Shown here: positions 50,599-60,502 of the stretch, one piece after another
How the letters are laid out: every line of letters starts with the position of its first letter
Position numbering within the stretch: position 1 is the first letter of the stretch
Notes under the pieces: model-generated
Seen by the model: the letters and a program-made list of their open reading frames with translations, nothing else
What the model was told of the DNA's origin: nothing
Databases searched by the model: none
Program-made: the position numbers and the translations under genes
Origin: an uncultured delta proteobacterium
GTDB taxonomy: Bacteria > Desulfobacterota > Desulfobaccia > Desulfobaccales > 0-14-0-80-60-11
NCBI GenBank assembly: GCA_963812015.1
Contig: CAWETI010000003.1
Location: 1,056,001 to 1,120,000, forward strand
Length of the DNA stretch: 64,000 bases
Reading direction: 5' to 3'

Positions 50599-51270
50599 AT
50601 GTTTTTTCCTCCGTTAATCTTCTTGCTGATGGTGGCTTTTTTCCTGGTGGCCCTGATCATGCTTCCTTTCTTGATGGTGGGGCTGATCGGCGAGGCCTTC
50701 ATGCGTCTGGGAATTTCCCCCGGCCAGATGTTCTGGCTCCTTATTCTGACCCTGGTGGGCAGCCTGGTCAACATCCCCATTTACACATTTGAGAACCGGG
50801 CGGTAGTGGGAGAGCAGGTGGTCTCCTATTTTGGCATGCGCTTTAAGGTGCCCCGGATGGAGCGGCCCCAGGTGACCGTGCTGGCGGTAAATGTGGGCGG
50901 GGCCTTGATCCCGATAGCCCTGTCGTTGTATCTTATGTCCAAAGGAAATTTCGGCGTCGGCCTGCCGATCCTGTTGGTGGTGGTGACCGTGGTGGTGAAC
51001 CGCCTGGCCCGCCCGGTGCGAGGCATGGGGATCGGGGTGCCGGGTCTGGTGCCCCCCCTGGTGGCGGCCCTGGGAGCTTACCTCTTGTGTCCTCCGGAGC
51101 TTCGGGCTCCCTGCGCCTATATCGCCAGCACCATGGGCATCTTGATCGGGGCGGATCTCCTGAACCTGGGGCAGATCCGGCAGTTAGGGGCGCCGGTGGC
51201 CTCCATCGGCGGGGCCGGCACCTTTGACGCCATCTTTCTCAGCGGGATTATTGCGGTGCTGCTCAGCTAA
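50599..51270 (+). CDS. DUF1614-family membrane protein
   Basis: GSLVNIP, AVNVGGALIP, GADLLNL, SIGGAGTFD. Confidence 0.8.
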   Translation: MFFPPLIFLLMVAFFLVALIMLPFLMVGLIGEAFMRLGISPGQMFWLLILTLVGSLVNIPIYTFENRAVVGEQVVSYFGMRFKVPRMERPQVTVLAVNVGGALIPIALSLYLMSKGNFGVGLPILLVVVTVVVNRLARPVRGMGIGVPGLVPPLVAALGAYLLCPPELRAPCAYIASTMGILIGADLLNLGQIRQLGAPVASIGGAGTFDAIFLSGIIAVLLS

Positions 51271-51324
51271 GGGCGGGCCGCCAGTCGCCGTGCGATAGTG
51301 CTATAAAAGGGAGGTAGACAGGCT

Positions 51325-51810
51325 ATGTATCAAGCAAAGATGAGTCAGGAACTTCATCCGGTCAAGGGTGGGCGCTCGGCCCGCCGCAGCTGGGGCCGGA
51401 TCGCAATGGTCCTCCTGGTCCTGCTGTTGCCGGGGCTCCTGGGCGCCTGGAAAATCATCAGCGGCGACACCATTGATAGCCGCCACGTGGAACGCATCAT
51501 AGACGGCCAGACGACCAAAAATGAAGTCCTCTTGCTGTTTGGCGATCCCCAGGAAATCGACCGCACCCCGGAGGGCGTCAACTATTTATATAAAAGCTTC
51601 AAGGATGCGCCGGCTTTGCCTTATAAGCCGGAAGAGCGCAAGATCAACCCCCAGTCCGACCAGCTTTACGTCATTGATGACTCAAAAGACACAAAGCAGA
51701 TTAAGAAAGCGCCGTTGAAGACCGAAGGCAAGATTTTAAAGAGCACCCTGCTCATTCGCTTCAAACCCGGCGGAGACACGGTGATGAGCCACGAATACAA
51801 AGAGTTCTAA
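51325..51810 (+). CDS. Exported hypothetical protein (SmpA/OmlA-like segment)
   Basis: Hydrophobic N-terminal segment; IIDGQTTKNEVLLLFGDP. Confidence 0.6.
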   Translation: MYQAKMSQELHPVKGGRSARRSWGRIAMVLLVLLLPGLLGAWKIISGDTIDSRHVERIIDGQTTKNEVLLLFGDPQEIDRTPEGVNYLYKSFKDAPALPYKPEERKINPQSDQLYVIDDSKDTKQIKKAPLKTEGKILKSTLLIRFKPGGDTVMSHEYKEF

Positions 51811-51821
51811 CGGGAGCCCGC

Positions 51822-53102
51822 ATGACGGCGTTTGCCGATTTGGCCCAGGCTACGGCCTGGGTCTTTGATTTACAGAAGTTCGGGATCAAGTTCGGCCTGT
51901 CCTCTACCCTGAGCCTGTTGGCCCGGCTGGGGCTGAACTACCAGGAGGGCCGCTATATCCACATTGCCGGCACCAACGGCAAGGGGTCGGTGGCGGCCAT
52001 GCTCAGCGCCATGTTGAGCCGGGCCGGCTATCCCGTGGGCCTGTTCACCTCGCCGCACCTGGTGAGCTTTAACGAGCGCTACCGCCTCGGAGACCAGGAG
52101 GTGTCGCCCGACCAGCTGCTGGCCTTGATCAGCGAAGTACGGGCCGCGGTGGACGACGCCGAACCCCCCACCTTCTTCGAGTTTGCCACGGCCATGGCCT
52201 TTCTCTACTTCCTGAAGGCCGGGGCCGCCCCCATTATCCTGGAGACCGGTATGGGGGGGCGCCTGGACGCCACCAATATCGTCCAGCCGCTGGTTTCAGT
52301 GATCACCAACATCTCCCGGGACCACCAGGAACATCTGGGCGAGGGGCTCTTGGCCATCGCCGGAGAAAAGGCGGGGGTCATCAAACCCGGGGCGCCGCTG
52401 GTCACCTACGCCCGGCAAAAACAGGTGCTCCACCTGTTCCGCAACCGCTGCCGGGAAGTGGAAGCCCCCCTCTACCAGGGCGGGATAGACTTTAAAACCA
52501 GGGGAAAATCCGGGGGGTCTTTCGATTATGCCGGCCTCCACCACCAGTTTTCCGGCCTGACCCTTAGCCTCAAGGGCCGGCACCAATATGGCAATGCTGC
52601 GGTGGCCCTGGCGGTGGTGGAATTGCTCGACCGGAACGGTTTCCCCGTGCCCGAGGCGGCCATTCGGGAAGGCTTGAAGACGTCCCGCTGGCCGGGCCGC
52701 CTGGAACAGTTGCCCCAGGACCCCCGGGTCCTGCTGGACGGGGCCCACAACCCTTCCGCCGCCTTGACCCTGGCCCAGAATCTGAAGCAGATCCACAAAA
52801 CCGGCCGTCTCATCCTGGTGATGGGAGTCATGGCCGACAAGGACGTGGACGCCATCTTGGCCCGGCTGCTGCCCCTGGCCCAGATGGTCATTTTTACCCA
52901 ACCGCAGTACTTCCGGGCCGCCACCCCCAGGGACCTGGCCCGACGGGCCCAACCCTACGGCCTGGAAATCCTCCAGACCCCCCGGGTGGCCGCGGCTGTC
53001 CAACAGGCCCAGTCCCTGGCCGGCCCCGAGGACCGCATCGTCATCACCGGCTCTTTGTATACGGTGGGAGAAGCGAAAGAGTATTTTGGGGGAGGGGGCT
53101 AA
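51822..53102 (+). CDS. folC: Folylpolyglutamate synthase/dihydrofolate synthase
   Basis: GTNGKGS, FTSPHL, ETGMGGRLDATN, WPGRLE, DGAHN, TGSLY. Confidence 0.95.
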   Translation: MTAFADLAQATAWVFDLQKFGIKFGLSSTLSLLARLGLNYQEGRYIHIAGTNGKGSVAAMLSAMLSRAGYPVGLFTSPHLVSFNERYRLGDQEVSPDQLLALISEVRAAVDDAEPPTFFEFATAMAFLYFLKAGAAPIILETGMGGRLDATNIVQPLVSVITNISRDHQEHLGEGLLAIAGEKAGVIKPGAPLVTYARQKQVLHLFRNRCREVEAPLYQGGIDFKTRGKSGGSFDYAGLHHQFSGLTLSLKGRHQYGNAAVALAVVELLDRNGFPVPEAAIREGLKTSRWPGRLEQLPQDPRVLLDGAHNPSAALTLAQNLKQIHKTGRLILVMGVMADKDVDAILARLLPLAQMVIFTQPQYFRAATPRDLARRAQPYGLEILQTPRVAAAVQQAQSLAGPEDRIVITGSLYTVGEAKEYFGGGG

Positions 53103-53137
53103 GGGCTTTTTCATAAGTGCCCTTACCCCCTCCCCCC
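53088..53137. repeat. Half copy of a family A element overlapping the folC stop
   Basis: GGGGGAGGGGGCTAAGGGC...GCCCTTACCCCCTCCCCC. Confidence 0.7.
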
Positions 53138-53168
53138 ACACCATCACGAGAAATCTTAAGAGGCACCC

Positions 53169-54119
53169 ATGCACATTTTTGTTTCCGGGTCATTGGCATT
53201 TGATCGGATCATGGATTTTCCCGGCCGGTTTGTGGATCACATCCTGCCGGAGAAGATTCACATCCTCAACGTCTGTTTCATGGTCAACGGGTTAACCGAG
53301 CGGTTCGGCGGCACTGCGGGCAATATCGCTTATAATCTGGCGTTGTTGGGGGAGAGCCCCTCTATTCTGGCCACCGCCGGGCGGGATTTCGGGCCTTACC
53401 GGGAGCGGCTGGGGGAGTTGGGTTTGCCCCTCACGGGCATCAAGGAGATTCCCCAGGAGTTTACGGCCGGGGCGTATATCACCACGGATTTATCCGACAA
53501 CCAGATTACCGGATTCAATCCCGGGGCCATGAAGTATGCGTCGGAATACCGCTTCGACAGTTTGGACCCGGCGGCCGCCCTGGCCATCGTGGCGCCGGGG
53601 AATCTGGAAGACATGCTGGCTTACACCCGGTTCTACAAGGGTGCGGGGGTGCGTTACATTTTCGACCCGGGGCAGAGCATCCCGGCCTGGGGGGGTGAAG
53701 AGCTCCGGGAGATGGCGGACGGCGCCCTGGCCCTCATCGTCAACGACTACGAGTTGGAGATGTTCCGGCAGAAGACCGGCCGGGAAGCCGCCGACCTCCT
53801 CAAGCTCACCCCTCATCTGCTCACCACCCGGGGAGAGCAGGGCTCCCTGGTACAGACTGACCGGGGCGTAGATGAGATCCCGGCGGTGCCGGCCAGCCAG
53901 GTGCTGGACCCCACCGGGGCCGGGGACGCCTACCGGGCCGGTCTCCTCAAGGGCCTGGCTCTGGGGCTGGGCTGGCCCGAAGCCGCGCGCATGGGGGCGG
54001 TGCTGGCCAGTTTCTGCGTGGAACAGCAGGGCACCCAGGAACACCGGCTGGAAGTTTCGGAGTTCTGGGGGCGCTTTGCCGAGAATTTCGGGCCTCCCCC
54101 GGAGGCGGCCGGTCGATAA
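53169..54119 (+). CDS. PfkB-family carbohydrate/adenosine kinase
   Basis: SGSLAFD, GGTAGN, FDPGQ, DPTGAGDAYRAG. Confidence 0.9.
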   Translation: MHIFVSGSLAFDRIMDFPGRFVDHILPEKIHILNVCFMVNGLTERFGGTAGNIAYNLALLGESPSILATAGRDFGPYRERLGELGLPLTGIKEIPQEFTAGAYITTDLSDNQITGFNPGAMKYASEYRFDSLDPAAALAIVAPGNLEDMLAYTRFYKGAGVRYIFDPGQSIPAWGGEELREMADGALALIVNDYELEMFRQKTGREAADLLKLTPHLLTTRGEQGSLVQTDRGVDEIPAVPASQVLDPTGAGDAYRAGLLKGLALGLGWPEAARMGAVLASFCVEQQGTQEHRLEVSEFWGRFAENFGPPPEAAGR

Positions 54120-54128
54120 CGCCCCGAG

Positions 54129-54542
54129 GTGGCGGCCGAGCTGCTGATGACGAACTCATTCCCAAGTCTGAAGGAGCATCATGAGGCGATGACTGCTGTC
54201 GACCGTAGTGCGAAAGATTCCCCGGCGGAGCTGCTGCGCCGAATCCAGGCGATGTTTCGAGATCGGGGCATCTTCGCATCCACCGTGACCCTGGCTTACC
54301 GGGGGGAGAACTATCTGGTGCGCTGCGATACCCACACCTTCGCGGTGTATCGCCTGGTGGAGTATGGTCATGTGCCTCCCGGCCGCCCCGGCTGGCCCGT
54401 CTGCCTGGTCACCGCCGAGGCCGTCGTGGATGAAGCCAGCCCGCCCCATCTGCCGGAAGACGAATTCGCTTCCGGGCTGGGCCTGGAAGAATGGTTGGAA
54501 TACATCAAGTCCCTTTACCCTCCCACCACATCGATCAGTTAA
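54129..54542 (+). CDS. Hypothetical protein
   Basis: Co-directional ORF after pfkB; start codon uncertain. Confidence 0.6.
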   Translation: MAAELLMTNSFPSLKEHHEAMTAVDRSAKDSPAELLRRIQAMFRDRGIFASTVTLAYRGENYLVRCDTHTFAVYRLVEYGHVPPGRPGWPVCLVTAEAVVDEASPPHLPEDEFASGLGLEEWLEYIKSLYPPTTSIS

Positions 54543-54840
54543 CCTCTCCGGCTGTAAACCGAAAACGAAAATCCCAAACAATCTCATCCCTTGAGGGGGA
54601 CAAAAGGCATTGCGCCTTCATGGGCATGATGAATTATATCTACAAGAGCGCAATGAAAAATCAGCTAGCGTTGCGTCCCAGGGCAGTGTATCAGTTTAAT
54701 TTTAATAAAGATATAAGGAGGTTATGTGCAAATGACTGAATCAACAGGTAAACAGGGTCATCTTGACAAAGAGGCTCTACCATGGGAGGGTAAAATAACG
54801 CGCTTTGGGAGTCTACTTTCCCAGACAGGAGCTTTAATTT

Positions 54841-55326
54841 ATGGACCATTGGGATTTTTGGGGTTGGATTGCTTATAGCTGTTTAGGCATCACGGCCATC
54901 GGTTTGGCAATCATGAGATTTTTGAAAGATTATTTGGTCATGTTTGAAAAGCTCCCTACCTTTCTTAAGAGCGGGAAATGGGCGTATGTGCCAGCGGCAC
55001 TATTTATTATTGCCACGATAACCCTCATTGCCCGACCTATGGTTAGTAAGTTTCCTTCCATCGTCGAATTAGAGCATGTCGCCAATCAAACATTTCGTAA
55101 CACGACAGTTGTACTTGATGGAAAATATTATGATAATTGTGTATTTGAGAATGTGACTATCCGGTGGGATGGTGGGGGTTATATGGTTGTTGGTGTGCAA
55201 GTAAATGGAGCAATCCTTCAAACAGCTAATAAAACAGTTATAAATACGGTTGATCTTTTGAAGGCCCTAAACTTGCTAAAACCAGAATTTAGTTCTGCCT
55301 GGAAAAAACATCAAGAAGCAAGATAG
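54841..55326 (+). CDS. Hypothetical membrane protein, lower GC
   Basis: AGGAG SD; two TM helices followed by VVLDGKYYDNCVFENVTI. Confidence 0.7.
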   Translation: MDHWDFWGWIAYSCLGITAIGLAIMRFLKDYLVMFEKLPTFLKSGKWAYVPAALFIIATITLIARPMVSKFPSIVELEHVANQTFRNTTVVLDGKYYDNCVFENVTIRWDGGGYMVVGVQVNGAILQTANKTVINTVDLLKALNLLKPEFSSAWKKHQEAR

Positions 55327-55458
55327 AATTAATCCGCCAAAGCCGCAATTTCCTCCAAGCTCCATGCATGGTCTGTAACCCCCGGGCCAGAGTGGGTAAA
55401 GGCGGGTCCACTCCGGCCCTCGATCCCGGGACGGCGGATTACCGCAGGCTGCCGCTGG

Positions 55459-57312
55459 CTATGCGGCCCGTTGCTCCTGGGGTCGCCGGAAATACCGGAT
55501 GTCGAACTCGAATTGGGGAAACAGCCGGGGCAGGCGCATCAGGTTGAAGACCATGACCCCTACGGAGATCCGGTCCAGCCAGGAAGACAGGGGCCAGCCG
55601 AAGTGGACCACCACCTGGCGGTCCGCCAGTTCATATTCCAGCACTTTGAGAAGATTGACGATGCGGTGATAGAGACTGATCTTGGTGAGAGGAAAGCGAA
55701 AATGATTGGGGGCATTTTTGGGGGGTATGCCGCCGACCCGGGGAGAATAGAAGGTGATGTAAGCTTCATTATCTTTGGGAACCGTCTGTTCCCGTTCCTC
55801 GGACCGGCGGAAATAAAGGTGGATCTCCGGGGCCTCGGCCTCGGCGAGATAAAGGACCATTTCCATTTCCGTGTCGGCCTGCTCGATATGCTTTAACTCC
55901 GGAGCCCGTTTCCGGGCCACCAGGAAACCCGAAATGAGCATCAGACCGGTTACCCCACCCCAGAGCATGGTGGCGTGAGGCTTATCTATGGCCAGAAAGA
56001 CAAAGCAGCTTACCAGGATGATCCAAAGTATGAGGGTGCCCAGGCGGCTGGTATAATACGTCATGCCTTCGGCAGTACCCTTGAAATACCGATAAATAAT
56101 CAGAGAACCCATGTTGATGCAGAAAGAAGCGACCAGCCCTAAGGCATACATGTTGGCCAATTCTTCCTGGCTGCCCATGGTGAGCACCACAATGATGGAG
56201 AAGAAGAAGGCGCTGGACAGGTGGATGCGATAGAGGGAATGGCGGCGGTTGACGGCGATGAACCAATGAAAACCATAGCGGTGGGCCACCCGTTCCAGCA
56301 GTTCGCTGGAGGCCACAAACGCGGTATTCACTGCCATGGTCAGGGTGAAACTGGCCAGGGCCGCTACGGCAATACCAAAAGCAACCCCGTTTAATAGGGT
56401 GGCGAAATGGGTGATGAGGTCCCCTTCGTGGGCCTTGAAATCGATGTTGGCCGATAATACCAGAGTGGCCATCAACGGGGTCACCAGGCCCACGGTGAGG
56501 GCCAAAAACCAGTAGGCTTTGCGAATCTCCTTCCAACTCCGGACAAATCCCGCCGTTTGGATAACGGATTCCACCCCGGAATAGGCCAGGATACAAAAGG
56601 CGATACTGGAGATAAAGCTGCCGTAGTCTCCTAAAATTCCGCCGCCGCTCACGCGTTTAACGGTCTGAGTCGCCGCCTGGTGAATCTGCCCCAGGGCATA
56701 AGCATCCAGGTGGAGCAGGCCGGAGATGATGAGATTGAGCATGATGACGGCGGCGGCCACAAAGATCAGGAAGGTAAACCGGGCGTTTTCCCGAATCCCC
56801 AAAATATTCAGGCCGGCCACGCCCCAGATGATGGCCAGCACGGTGAGGATCAAAGCCGGTTTGGAAAGCGGGAAGAAGGAGGCGGCGTTGGACACCGCAC
56901 TGACCGCGGAGATGCAGGCGGTGAGGATATAGTCCACCATGATGGAGGACACCGCCACAAATGACACCAACGGCCCCAGGACCAGGTAGGAAAAGGAGTA
57001 AACCCCGCCGCCGATGAGTTGGTGATGCTCCAGGATTTCGGCGATCTCGGTGAGCCGGGTGCTGATGAAGCGCACCAGCAGGCTGGTGATGGCGATAAAG
57101 ATGATGGCGCTCAAACCGATGAAGCGGTAAGATTCGGCGGGGGCGTAAAAGACCGAGGTGAATTCATCCATCAAGGTGATGATGCCTACGGCCAGATAAG
57201 TAAGCCAGATGCGGCCGTCCTGGTGATAGGAGAGCAAGTTTTTCCGGCGGAACAGATAGATAAAGAAAACTGCCAGGCCCAGATTGAGTATGGTCAGGAT
57301 GATGGGTTTCAT
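55459..57312 (-). CDS. APC-family permease (KimA/YdaO-like K+ transporter candidate)
   Basis: Many TM helices, GGGVYS, DYILTACISA, AYSGVES; c-di-AMP riboswitch upstream. Confidence 0.8.
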   Translation of the reverse strand: MKPIILTILNLGLAVFFIYLFRRKNLLSYHQDGRIWLTYLAVGIITLMDEFTSVFYAPAESYRFIGLSAIIFIAITSLLVRFISTRLTEIAEILEHHQLIGGGVYSFSYLVLGPLVSFVAVSSIMVDYILTACISAVSAVSNAASFFPLSKPALILTVLAIIWGVAGLNILGIRENARFTFLIFVAAAVIMLNLIISGLLHLDAYALGQIHQAATQTVKRVSGGGILGDYGSFISSIAFCILAYSGVESVIQTAGFVRSWKEIRKAYWFLALTVGLVTPLMATLVLSANIDFKAHEGDLITHFATLLNGVAFGIAVAALASFTLTMAVNTAFVASSELLERVAHRYGFHWFIAVNRRHSLYRIHLSSAFFFSIIVVLTMGSQEELANMYALGLVASFCINMGSLIIYRYFKGTAEGMTYYTSRLGTLILWIILVSCFVFLAIDKPHATMLWGGVTGLMLISGFLVARKRAPELKHIEQADTEMEMVLYLAEAEAPEIHLYFRRSEEREQTVPKDNEAYITFYSPRVGGIPPKNAPNHFRFPLTKISLYHRIVNLLKVLEYELADRQVVVHFGWPLSSWLDRISVGVMVFNLMRLPRLFPQFEFDIRYFRRPQEQRAA

Positions 57313-57424
57313 GAAGGCTGATCCCTATAATGTCACAAAATAAAAAGGCTGGGGAAAACCGCAAGCTACCATAACCGGTATAAAGCTTAATCTGATGGGA
57401 GTATTATCCACTGCCGATGGGTGG

Positions 57425-57580
57425 TTAAGGAGCATGGGCGGTATGGGTGACGGCCCCCGGGGCGAAACCAGGCCCGCCGGAGGGTTGGCCTGTCTGAACC
57501 GGAGGTTGGTATGTTGCGGGAAGGCGCCCGTTAGGTTTAAAAGAATGCGCCTCGGGCGCATCTATGCAGATGTCCGGCAT
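57425..57580 (-). CDS. Putative 51-aa upstream ORF immediately after the riboswitch
   Basis: GGAGGAGG SD directly before ATG; MPDICIDAPEAHSFKPNGRLPATYQPPVQTGQPSGGPGFAPGAVTHTAHAP. Confidence 0.35.
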   Translation of the reverse strand: MPDICIDAPEAHSFKPNGRLPATYQPPVQTGQPSGGPGFAPGAVTHTAHAP

Positions 57581-57584
57581 ATCC

Positions 57585-57722
57585 TCCTCCTGCCTGCGGG
57601 GTTAGCTGTCGGGCTCGGGCGGGAGGTTGCGTGCCCTACCGCATTTACGAAAAATGCGGATTCGCCCCAACAAAACGGGTCCCCCGCTTCTCCGATGGGG
57701 TATCGGAGAACTCGGCGGTCAG
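57585..57722 (-). ncRNA. c-di-AMP (ydaO/yuaA) riboswitch
   Basis: CGCCGAG...GCGGGGGACCC...GGGGCGAATC...GTAGGG...CCCGAGCCCGACAGCTAACCCCGCAGGC. Confidence 0.92.
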
Positions 57723-57910
57723 CCTCGTGGTGATTTGACTAACAAATAATAATAGTAATCTTTTTTTCAGAGAGGTCAATGAAAATTGACCCGAACCCCA
57801 CGGGTGGGTTACGTTTAAGAAAACGAGAATTAGCCGACGTCGCGGGACAAGATCACCTGGGTGTTCAAAGGATTAGTTGAACCACCACCATCCCATGCGG
57901 AGAACGATCC

Positions 57911-58510
57911 ATGCACTTCTGGTTGCCGCTTCTGTCCCTGGTGGGGTTGGGGGTTGTCCTGGGGGCCGCCGCCCCCCCCGCCCCCCTGGCGGTCAGGCTT
58001 ATCCCCGTGGGGTCCCTGCCTCCGGTCATCCTGGGCTTTCTGGAGGAGGGCCTCAGTCGGGAACTGGGGGCCATCGTCCGGATGGGGAAGAACCTCCCCT
58101 TCCCGGAATCCTGCCCTGAAGGCCGGGGGCAGTATCCGGCGGACGCTTTTCTGGCGGCGCTGGTGGACGCCCGCCCCCCCGGGGAGGAGGTGATCCTGGG
58201 GGTTACCGGGGTGGACCTCACGGTGCCGGTGCTTAACTTCGTTTTTGGCCTGGCCGATCCCCGGAGTCGCTGCGCCCTCATCTCCCTGGCCCGCCTCTAC
58301 CCGGAATTTTACGGCCAACCCCGGGACCCCCGCCTATTCAAAGAACGGGCTTTTAAAGAGGCGGTCCACGAACTGGGGCACCTTTTGGGCCTGGGCCACT
58401 GCCCCGCCCCGGCCTGCATTATGTTCTTCTCCAACTCCCTGGCCGACACCGACCAGAAGGGGCCCGGGTTTTGTCAGCGTTGCCGGGAGTTGTGGCGGAA
58501 ACAAAATTGA
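57911..58510 (+). CDS. Archaemetzincin-family Zn metalloprotease (M54)
   Basis: NFVFGLA, HELGHLLGLGHC...CIM, FCQRC. Confidence 0.9.
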   Translation: MHFWLPLLSLVGLGVVLGAAAPPAPLAVRLIPVGSLPPVILGFLEEGLSRELGAIVRMGKNLPFPESCPEGRGQYPADAFLAALVDARPPGEEVILGVTGVDLTVPVLNFVFGLADPRSRCALISLARLYPEFYGQPRDPRLFKERAFKEAVHELGHLLGLGHCPAPACIMFFSNSLADTDQKGPGFCQRCRELWRKQN

Positions 58511-58651
58511 GGGGAAGGCCGGGGGACGTTTTTCGCAAGGCTTCCCCCGCCCTCCCCTCAAACTCCCCTCCCAACCCCCTGTAAGGGTTTGGGAGAGGGG
58601 TTTCGGGAGGGGGTAAGGGCATCTTACGAAAAAGCCCTTAGCCCCCTCCCC
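58507..58651. repeat. Family A palindromic element (inverted orientation)
   Basis: Reverse complement matches 16699-16836 and 39076-39204. Confidence 0.8.
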
Positions 58652-58656
58652 ATAAC

Positions 58657-60381
58657 CTATCCCTCCAAAACAGCCAAGGCCCGGGCGGCGAAGTCCAGGC
58701 TGGGGTCCAGTTCCAGGGCCTGTTTGAGCACGTAGGCGGCTTCCTTGACATGGCCCAGGCGCTGCAGGTTGATCCCCAGGTTGGCGTAGTCGATGGCCGA
58801 GCCCGGGTCCAGTTCGATGACCTTCTCGAAGCACTCCACCGCCCGCTGATACTCCTCCAGCTTAAAGCAGCAGAAACCCAGGAAGTGGTGGGCCTCCTTG
58901 AGGTGGGGGTCCAGGGCCAGGGCCTGGGTGAAGGACTCGGCGGCCTCGGTGAAATACCCCAGGTCCTTCTGGCAGGTCCCCAGATGCACGTAAATGCTGG
59001 GCAGTTCGTGGGCCGGGGGATCGAGGCTCAGCGCCCGGCGGAAGTGCTCCAAGGCCTCGCCGGCGCGGTCCTGGTTTTCCAGGGCCAGGCCCAGGAAGAA
59101 GTGGACATCGAAGCGGTGGGGAAAGGCGGCGTTGAGTTCCCCCAGGGCGGCCAGGCCCTCGAGGGGGTGGGCATACAAGGCCGCGGTCTTGGCCAGGTGA
59201 AAGATGGCGTTGGTGTTGCGGGTGCGGTCCAGGAAATGGGTGCCGGGGACCAGCACGTAAACCACGGGGAGGTCCAGGCGGGGGTGGGTGACATTCACCA
59301 CAAAAACCTCCAGCCCCAGGCGGCCCAGGGCCTCAAGGCACAGGCGGATCTCGTCCTTGAGGTTGGGCCGGGAGAGGTTGGGAAGGCTGTCCAGGGGTTT
59401 CATAAAGGGGCCGGGGGCCATGAGATAGGCCGCCTCCTCCAGGGTCTCATACTTGGGAAGCGTGGGCCGGTAGCTGGTGCGGCGGTGAAAATCCCCGGCC
59501 AGTTGGGCCACCTCGGTCAAGGCCCGGACCAGGGACTTGGTGGGGTCGGTGGTGGTGCCGGCGGCGAAGACGATTTCGCTGTCCTGGGGGAAGGTGGACG
59601 GGTCGTAGGCCAGGGCCGCCACCGTGGGGATGCCGGTGTCCAGGGAAAAATCCCGCAGATGGAGGACGATGCCGTTGCGCCGGAATTTCTCCAGCAGCTC
59701 CCGGGCGGCGGGGTCGGTGACCGAATCGGGGTCGATGGCCGGGGTCGGGCGGCGCTCATGGCTGATGACCGAGCCCACGTGGCGCTCCACCACTTCGCCC
59801 AGGCCCTGGAGCACGGCCTCCTCCAGGCAGTTGCCCGCGGCCGGGCCGTTGTATTCCTCGATAAGGTAAAACCAATGGATGGGCAGATAGACCGCCTCTC
59901 CCCGGGTCAAGTTGGTGGCGGGCACGAAATACAGGGGCCAATCCTCGTATAGCCGGGCCGCGGCCGCCACCGTGGGAGAAGTGTCGAACAGGGAGCGGGC
60001 CAGGTAAGAGAAGGGCAGGGCCTTGCCGGCCAGATCCCGGGGGCAGCCGTAGTCCAGGGGGCCTTCATCCAGATACGTAAAAAAGCTGAAGCGCTCCACC
60101 AACTCCATGAGGGCGGAGGCTTCGGCCTGGACCGGAGTGGCGCCTTTGCCCATCTGCTTGTGGGTGGGCACCACCCGGCGGGCGTCCACGCCCAGGATGC
60201 TGAGGTACACGGGGATATCCAGACGGCCCGAGTCGATGCGCAAGGTCTCCTGGAGGAGCTTGAGGTCCAGGCGCCCCAGGCGGTCGCGCACCCGGCGGAT
60301 GGTTTCCTCCGGGGTCAGGAGCTTGTCCTGGTCGTAGGTATAGCCCTTCAGGGCGTCGGTGAGGTGAAGGGTTGGCAGCAT
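58657..60381 (-). CDS. YcaO-family protein with C-terminal TPR repeats
   Basis: MGKGAT..QAEASALMELVER, NGPAAGN..EEA..QGLGEVVER, RALTEVAQ; several TPRs. Confidence 0.9.
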   Translation of the reverse strand: MLPTLHLTDALKGYTYDQDKLLTPEETIRRVRDRLGRLDLKLLQETLRIDSGRLDIPVYLSILGVDARRVVPTHKQMGKGATPVQAEASALMELVERFSFFTYLDEGPLDYGCPRDLAGKALPFSYLARSLFDTSPTVAAAARLYEDWPLYFVPATNLTRGEAVYLPIHWFYLIEEYNGPAAGNCLEEAVLQGLGEVVERHVGSVISHERRPTPAIDPDSVTDPAARELLEKFRRNGIVLHLRDFSLDTGIPTVAALAYDPSTFPQDSEIVFAAGTTTDPTKSLVRALTEVAQLAGDFHRRTSYRPTLPKYETLEEAAYLMAPGPFMKPLDSLPNLSRPNLKDEIRLCLEALGRLGLEVFVVNVTHPRLDLPVVYVLVPGTHFLDRTRNTNAIFHLAKTAALYAHPLEGLAALGELNAAFPHRFDVHFFLGLALENQDRAGEALEHFRRALSLDPPAHELPSIYVHLGTCQKDLGYFTEAAESFTQALALDPHLKEAHHFLGFCCFKLEEYQRAVECFEKVIELDPGSAIDYANLGINLQRLGHVKEAAYVLKQALELDPSLDFAARALAVLEG

Positions 60382-60457
60382 GAGTCATAATCTCCTGGCG
60401 AGATTATGACCTCATCGCCGGATTTATGCAATCCGGGGCTAAAAGCAGGAGGTACCT

Positions 60458-60485
60458 GTAGGGGCGGTTCGCGAACCGCCCCTGC
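60458..60485. repeat. GTAG-type REP
   Basis: GTAGGGGCGGTTCGCGAACCGCCCCTGC. Confidence 0.7.
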
Positions 60486-60502
60486 GGCCTAACCAGACCA
60501 TC

